DNA from: Thermoplasmata archaeon
GTDB lineage: Archaea; Thermoplasmatota; Thermoplasmata; Thermoplasmatales; ARK-15
Reading direction: 5' to 3'
Length of the DNA: 63,253 bases
Assembly: GCA_038880255.1 (NCBI GenBank)
Contig: JAVZSA010000002.1
Location: 1-63,253 of the forward strand
Shown: in pieces, positions 59,518-63,253 of the stretch
How the letters are laid out: each line of letters starts with the position of its first letter
How positions within the stretch are numbered: the stretch's first letter is position 1
Notes under the pieces: generated by a model
Databases searched by the model: none
Seen by the model: the letters and a program-made list of their open reading frames with translations, nothing else
Told to the model about the DNA's origin: nothing
Translations under genes and position numbers: made by a program

Positions 59518-60466
59518 AACTTTCCAACCTAATTTTTGTTCTTTCATCAAGTTTACCTGGCCTATTTCCTTCAATTGTAAGTACTGGAACATCAAGGTTT
59601 TCCTTTATTACAAGATCTACAATTTGCCTGTGACAAAAGCTTTGAACATAATGAATAATGCCTTCTATCTTTCTTTTGGATATTTCATTTTTAATGTCCC
59701 TAATTCTATCATAAACAGAATACGGATATGTATAGTTTAAATATTTATCTATCCAATCCGCATCTGGAAATGGCATAGAAAATTGCCTCTGTACTTCATT
59801 AAAAACTACATGGGCACCATTTCTTTCTAAAAATTCATAAATATCTGTAAAAATTGGTGGAACCCCTATATATCCAATTCTTATGTTATAATCAATAACA
59901 TTCCTTTTTTCTAAATTTTTTATAAAATTATTAGCCTCCTTCATATAAAATTCAATATCACCTAAAAAATCACTTGTATTTACTAGGAAATAATGGTTTT
60001 CACTTCCTTTTACTATATCTTTAACAGTCATTTCATCAATTTTCCATGCAATTTTCCTTGCATCATTTACTTTATCAATTATTTCTTTAAGATCTTCCTC
60101 TTTCACCTTTAATTTTTCAATAAGAGATTCAATTTCATATGTTAATTTTTTTCGGGATTTATCGTATGGAAAAGAAAATGGTATTATTTTAATACCCTTG
60201 AAGTAAAGAAAATCTAAAAGTGATTCTGTATTGCTACAATCTCCTCTCACCACACCTATAACAGCATCAAAGTTACCTTCAATTGCTGATGTGTATAATC
60301 CTTTTATCCAAGAACAAGAATTATAGGGAAAACCATCAATTTCAGCTTTCTCTACCATTTCTTCACTTTTGTTGGAAGTTATAAAAATATTGTTTAGATC
60401 CTTTGGTACATGTCTTCCGGCAAAAATTGGTTCTATTGGCACTGTTGTTGTCAATCCTATTTTCAT
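59498..60466 (-). CDS. 2-hydroxyacyl-CoA dehydratase (HGD-D/BcrBC) family protein, stand-alone
   Basis: 322 aa. CSWIKGLY, RGDCSN, VQSFCHRQ, LTIEGNRPG..DERTKIRLESFIDML resemble the D-component family. No partner or activator gene nearby. Confidence 0.6.
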   Translation of the reverse strand: MKIGLTTTVPIEPIFAGRHVPKDLNNIFITSNKSEEMVEKAEIDGFPYNSCSWIKGLYTSAIEGNFDAVIGVVRGDCSNTESLLDFLYFKGIKIIPFSFPYDKSRKKLTYEIESLIEKLKVKEEDLKEIIDKVNDARKIAWKIDEMTVKDIVKGSENHYFLVNTSDFLGDIEFYMKEANNFIKNLEKRNVIDYNIRIGYIGVPPIFTDIYEFLERNGAHVVFNEVQRQFSMPFPDADWIDKYLNYTYPYSVYDRIRDIKNEISKRKIEGIIHYVQSFCHRQIVDLVIKENLDVPVLTIEGNRPGKLDERTKIRLESFIDMLL

Positions 60467-60533
60467 ATTTTTAGGTTAATATTTCTAAAATTTAAAGGTG
60501 ATGTTTATTATCATCCTATTATTTCATCTATAT

Positions 60534-61160
60534 ATGAAAAAGGTTCTTTTATTAGGTTTTGGCCCATTTTCAAAATTTGTTGAAAATCCATCACAAATTA
60601 TTGTTGAAAGGTTAAAGGATAAAAAAATAGATGACTTGCAAATCTTTGGAAAAATTTTACCGGTAACATATTCGGAAGTGGAAAAAATAATAAGGGATGA
60701 AATTAAAAATATAAGACCTCAACTTGTTTTGGGTATAGGGCTTGCTGCTGGAAGAAATAAGATTACTTTAGAAAAAATAGCAATTAATTATAAATTTTCA
60801 TCTACACCTGATAATACTGGTAAAATAGAGAAGGGAAGAAAAATTAATGCAAAGGGTCCAGATGGTATATTTACAAATTTAAATGTTGAAAAAATTGTTG
60901 AAATTTTAAATAGGGAAAATATTCCAGCGGATATTAGTCTTACAGCCGGTGGATACATATGTAATCTAACAATGTATAACATTATGGAAAATGCAAAAAT
61001 ATTTAATTTTAAAGGAGGATTTGTTCATTTACCTTGCCATAGAGAATTGGTTTCAAAAAATAGAGAACTTAATTACCCATATATGGAATTGGAAATTATG
61101 GAAAAAGCAATAATTGAAATAATTAAATTTTCTTTAAATAAAAAAATTAAATCTAAATGA
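60534..61160 (+). CDS. pcp: pyroglutamyl-peptidase I (pyrrolidone-carboxylate peptidase)
   Basis: MKKVLLLGFGPF..NPS, catalytic Cys in AGGYICN, His in GGFVHLP. Start at ATG 60534. Confidence 0.9.
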   Translation: MKKVLLLGFGPFSKFVENPSQIIVERLKDKKIDDLQIFGKILPVTYSEVEKIIRDEIKNIRPQLVLGIGLAAGRNKITLEKIAINYKFSSTPDNTGKIEKGRKINAKGPDGIFTNLNVEKIVEILNRENIPADISLTAGGYICNLTMYNIMENAKIFNFKGGFVHLPCHRELVSKNRELNYPYMELEIMEKAIIEIIKFSLNKKIKSK

Positions 61161-61168
61161 ACATTTAA

Positions 61169-62266
61169 TTATTTTTTCTTAAATATCATAACATATTCAT
61201 GTTTAAATATATAATAATCGTTTTTTAAAGCTCTATATCTCCATAACTCTTTTTGATACCTTTTTGCACGGGTTTCTTCAAAATTTTTAACCACTATACT
61301 CTTGAGAATTAAACCTCTTTTCTTCACTTCCTCCATTGTGTAAAAACCCAATGGTATCCATTCACCATCAGAGTATTTATCACCAATAACAAGAACTAAG
61401 TATCTTTCATTTTCAAGAAATGGTAATAGGTTGTCCAATACTTCACCAAACATTTTTAAAAATTCTTCAGTATTTTTTGCATTTGATAAATCATTATCAT
61501 TATCTGAAAATTTTATTATATTATGATATGGGGGATGAAGGATAAGAAAATTCACATTTTTGATGTTATATTTTGATAAAATATTCTCTATACTTATTTT
61601 TCTGCTATCACCAACATAAATATCAGTAATTACATTGTGAATATTTTCTTCCTTCTCAATTAATTCTTTGGCCTTCTCAGCTATTTTTGCATTTAGTTCA
61701 ATGCCTATCCCATTTCTCCCTATTCTCCTACATTCAATTAATGTAGTTCCACTACCTAAGAATGGATCTAAAACCCATTCGTTCTTTTTTGTATATCTCA
61801 TCATTGTTTGATAGGGGATTTGTGGAATAAAATTTCCCCAATACCAAGCTAGATGTTGCCCAGAACTTTCTCTTTTATTAAATATCCAAAGACTATCGGT
61901 TAAAATATTTTCATAATCTTTCCATCTGTTTATGTTTATATCATTATATTTATTTGTTTCTTTTGAAGTAATATACTTTATTAATATTTTTATATAATAT
62001 TTTCTTCTTTCAATTGTGAATGAATTTGTTATTTTGTCTAAATAAAATATTATTTTTCCATTTTCAGAATTTAAATTTTTTTTACCGTATAATTCTGATT
62101 TATCATCATTTTTTAGTATCTTTTTTTTGAAATAATCTAATTTTTTTGTCATATAATCATAATCATTAATATTCATTAAAGAATTTAAAAAATTTAAAAT
62201 ACTATCTATATCCATTTTAGAGATTAATTTTTCATTTAAATCCTTTTTTTTCTCCATATTGATCAT
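61169..62266 (-). CDS. N4/N6 DNA methyltransferase-like protein with unusual motif order and an uncharacterised N-terminal region
   Basis: 365 aa. HLAWYWGNFIPQIPYQTMMRYTKKNEWVLDPFLGSGTTLIECRRIGRNGIGIELN (motifs X/I) precedes LILHPPYHNII (motif IV) and LVLVIGDKY. No nuclease gene recognised nearby. Confidence 0.7.
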   Translation of the reverse strand: MINMEKKKDLNEKLISKMDIDSILNFLNSLMNINDYDYMTKKLDYFKKKILKNDDKSELYGKKNLNSENGKIIFYLDKITNSFTIERRKYYIKILIKYITSKETNKYNDININRWKDYENILTDSLWIFNKRESSGQHLAWYWGNFIPQIPYQTMMRYTKKNEWVLDPFLGSGTTLIECRRIGRNGIGIELNAKIAEKAKELIEKEENIHNVITDIYVGDSRKISIENILSKYNIKNVNFLILHPPYHNIIKFSDNDNDLSNAKNTEEFLKMFGEVLDNLLPFLENERYLVLVIGDKYSDGEWIPLGFYTMEEVKKRGLILKSIVVKNFEETRAKRYQKELWRYRALKNDYYIFKHEYVMIFKKK

Positions 62267-62446
62267 TTTATTTCTTTATTGCTTTTTATTATTTAATTGA
62301 TTTTGTTCTAAATTTAAAATTTTAAATAAAAATTTTTCATTCAAAAATTTTAAATATGGATGAATATTAGTAGTTTAACAAGGCAATGGCGTTTGCCTTA
62401 ATTCCCTTGTGGTGATAACGCCTACAATAAAAAGATTGGTGAAATC

Positions 62447-62665
62447 ATGGAAAATAATATATTATGTACAATTAAGTTCTTATTAGAAAAGGAATATAAT
62501 CAATTAATTCAAAGGATCGAATTTATGGAAAAGAATAAAATATTACTCATGGATGAACTATCAGATTTAAAAAAGCAGGTTTCTGAAACTAAAAATGATT
62601 TAAAGAATTTAGAAGAAATATTAAATTTTTTAGAAGAAGACAATTATACACTTGAGAAATTATGA
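62447..62665 (+). CDS. hypothetical small coiled-coil protein (72 aa)
   Basis: Heptad-like Leu/Glu/Lys pattern. Divergent from the methyltransferase. ATGA overlap with the next ORF. Confidence 0.35.
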   Translation: MENNILCTIKFLLEKEYNQLIQRIEFMEKNKILLMDELSDLKKQVSETKNDLKNLEEILNFLEEDNYTLEKL

Positions 62666-63036
62666 AAAATGATATTGAAATTTTAAAAGTTGCAGAAAGA
62701 TATGGATTATCATTAGATGATATTAAAAGAAATTTAATTAATGATAATTGTACTGTTACATTAGAAGAATTAGATAACCTTTATAAATTAATATTAGAAA
62801 AAAGAGAAATACTTAAAAATATTATGATGGAACCGTTTGAAATTGAAGGAGAAGTATCTTCATTAAAATTTCAATATTATTTACTCTTAAAACAATGTGA
62901 AAGTTTATCAATAAAAATAAGCGGTTTATTAAGTCATAATAGGACGCTTAGAAAAATAAAAAAGCTTAAAAGTATAGATGATAAAGAAATTGAAAAATTA
63001 ATAGAAAAATATATGTTTTCTTTGAGAAGAATTTAA
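62662..63036 (+). CDS. hypothetical protein (124 aa)
   Basis: Helical, Lys/Glu/Leu-rich, no motif recognised. Translationally coupled to the 72-aa ORF. Confidence 0.35.
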   Translation: MKNDIEILKVAERYGLSLDDIKRNLINDNCTVTLEELDNLYKLILEKREILKNIMMEPFEIEGEVSSLKFQYYLLLKQCESLSIKISGLLSHNRTLRKIKKLKSIDDKEIEKLIEKYMFSLRRI

Positions 63037-63253
63037 TTAGTTATAAAATTTTATAAATTAATAATTTTATAGTTAAACAAAATTATGAACTTTATTAACA
63101 TTATATTTGATATAAAAGTTATTATAACAAAAATTGTAACAATTCTTATTGGTTCAATATTTTTTATGGATTTTAATATTTAGAAATAATAGTACAAATT
63201 CTTACAATTATGTGTGAATAATTTCGAATAAAATATACTTTTATTTTCCAATT

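Noticed and set aside
62380-62432. Possible tRNA fragment or H/ACA sRNA (an ACA follows the AACGCC stem)
   Set aside because: No acceptor/anticodon geometry fits a tRNA. The 23-nt interior is too short for a pseudouridylation pocket plus upper stem and K-turn. Retained only as a generic structured-element finding.
63043-63071. AT-only inverted repeat TATAAAATT...AATTTTATA after the last ORF
   Set aside because: A 9-bp all-A/T stem is expected by chance in this composition. It is at most a weak terminator.
1-63253. CRISPR arrays, rRNA genes, additional tRNAs, intact transposases/integrases
   Set aside because: Reading the intergenic spacers showed no regularly spaced direct repeats and no further GC-rich cloverleaf-sized islands. 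All long ORFs were otherwise accounted for. This was a by-eye scan, so short or degenerate elements could have been missed.

Overview
Visibly AT-rich, gene-dense archaeal chromosomal segment. Archaeal/euryarchaeal hallmarks are the PolD large subunit DP2, Alba, Nep1, aCPSF1/FttA, a Kae1-Bud32 fusion, prefoldin alpha, ribosomal protein LX, an Sm protein, Csl4 and a C/D box sRNA. Most of the window is housekeeping. It holds two four-subunit 2-oxoacid:ferredoxin oxidoreductase clusters (one cut by the left edge), indolepyruvate:ferredoxin oxidoreductase and glutamate dehydrogenase, which together suggest a peptide/amino-acid-fermenting metabolism. It also holds an 11-gene Nuo-type complex I operon (nuoABCDHIJKLMN, nuoJ in two ORFs, no nuoEFG in the operon or elsewhere in the window), a replication/repair operon (acidic ORF, RNase HII, SCP2, PolD DP2, GPN-loop GTPase) and an RNA-processing operon (METTL5-like methylase, Csl4, Sm). 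Features outside the ORF track are tRNA-Phe(GAA), one textbook C/D box sRNA whose two guides both appear to match conserved 16S rRNA sites, a GC-richer degenerate IS200/IS605 TnpB remnant, and two short translationally coupled ORFs. No CRISPR array, rRNA gene or intact mobile element was found. The best candidates for undescribed biology are: (1) a 919-aa protein collinear with class Ia isoleucyl-tRNA synthetase but lacking HIGH/KMSKS and carrying an extra HhH plus zinc-ribbon tail; (2) a zinc-ribbon/long coiled-coil/degenerate KaiC-like protein translationally coupled to a stand-alone THUMP protein; (3) two small proteins coupled by ATGA overlaps to the 3' end of the nuo operon; (4) a small protein next to Nep1 with a ribosomal-stalk-like C-terminal tail; (5) an apparently motif-permuted orphan N4/N6 DNA methyltransferase-like gene with divergent small coiled-coil ORFs at the AT-richest right edge. 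All functional calls rest on reading the translations against remembered family motifs. No database search was run.
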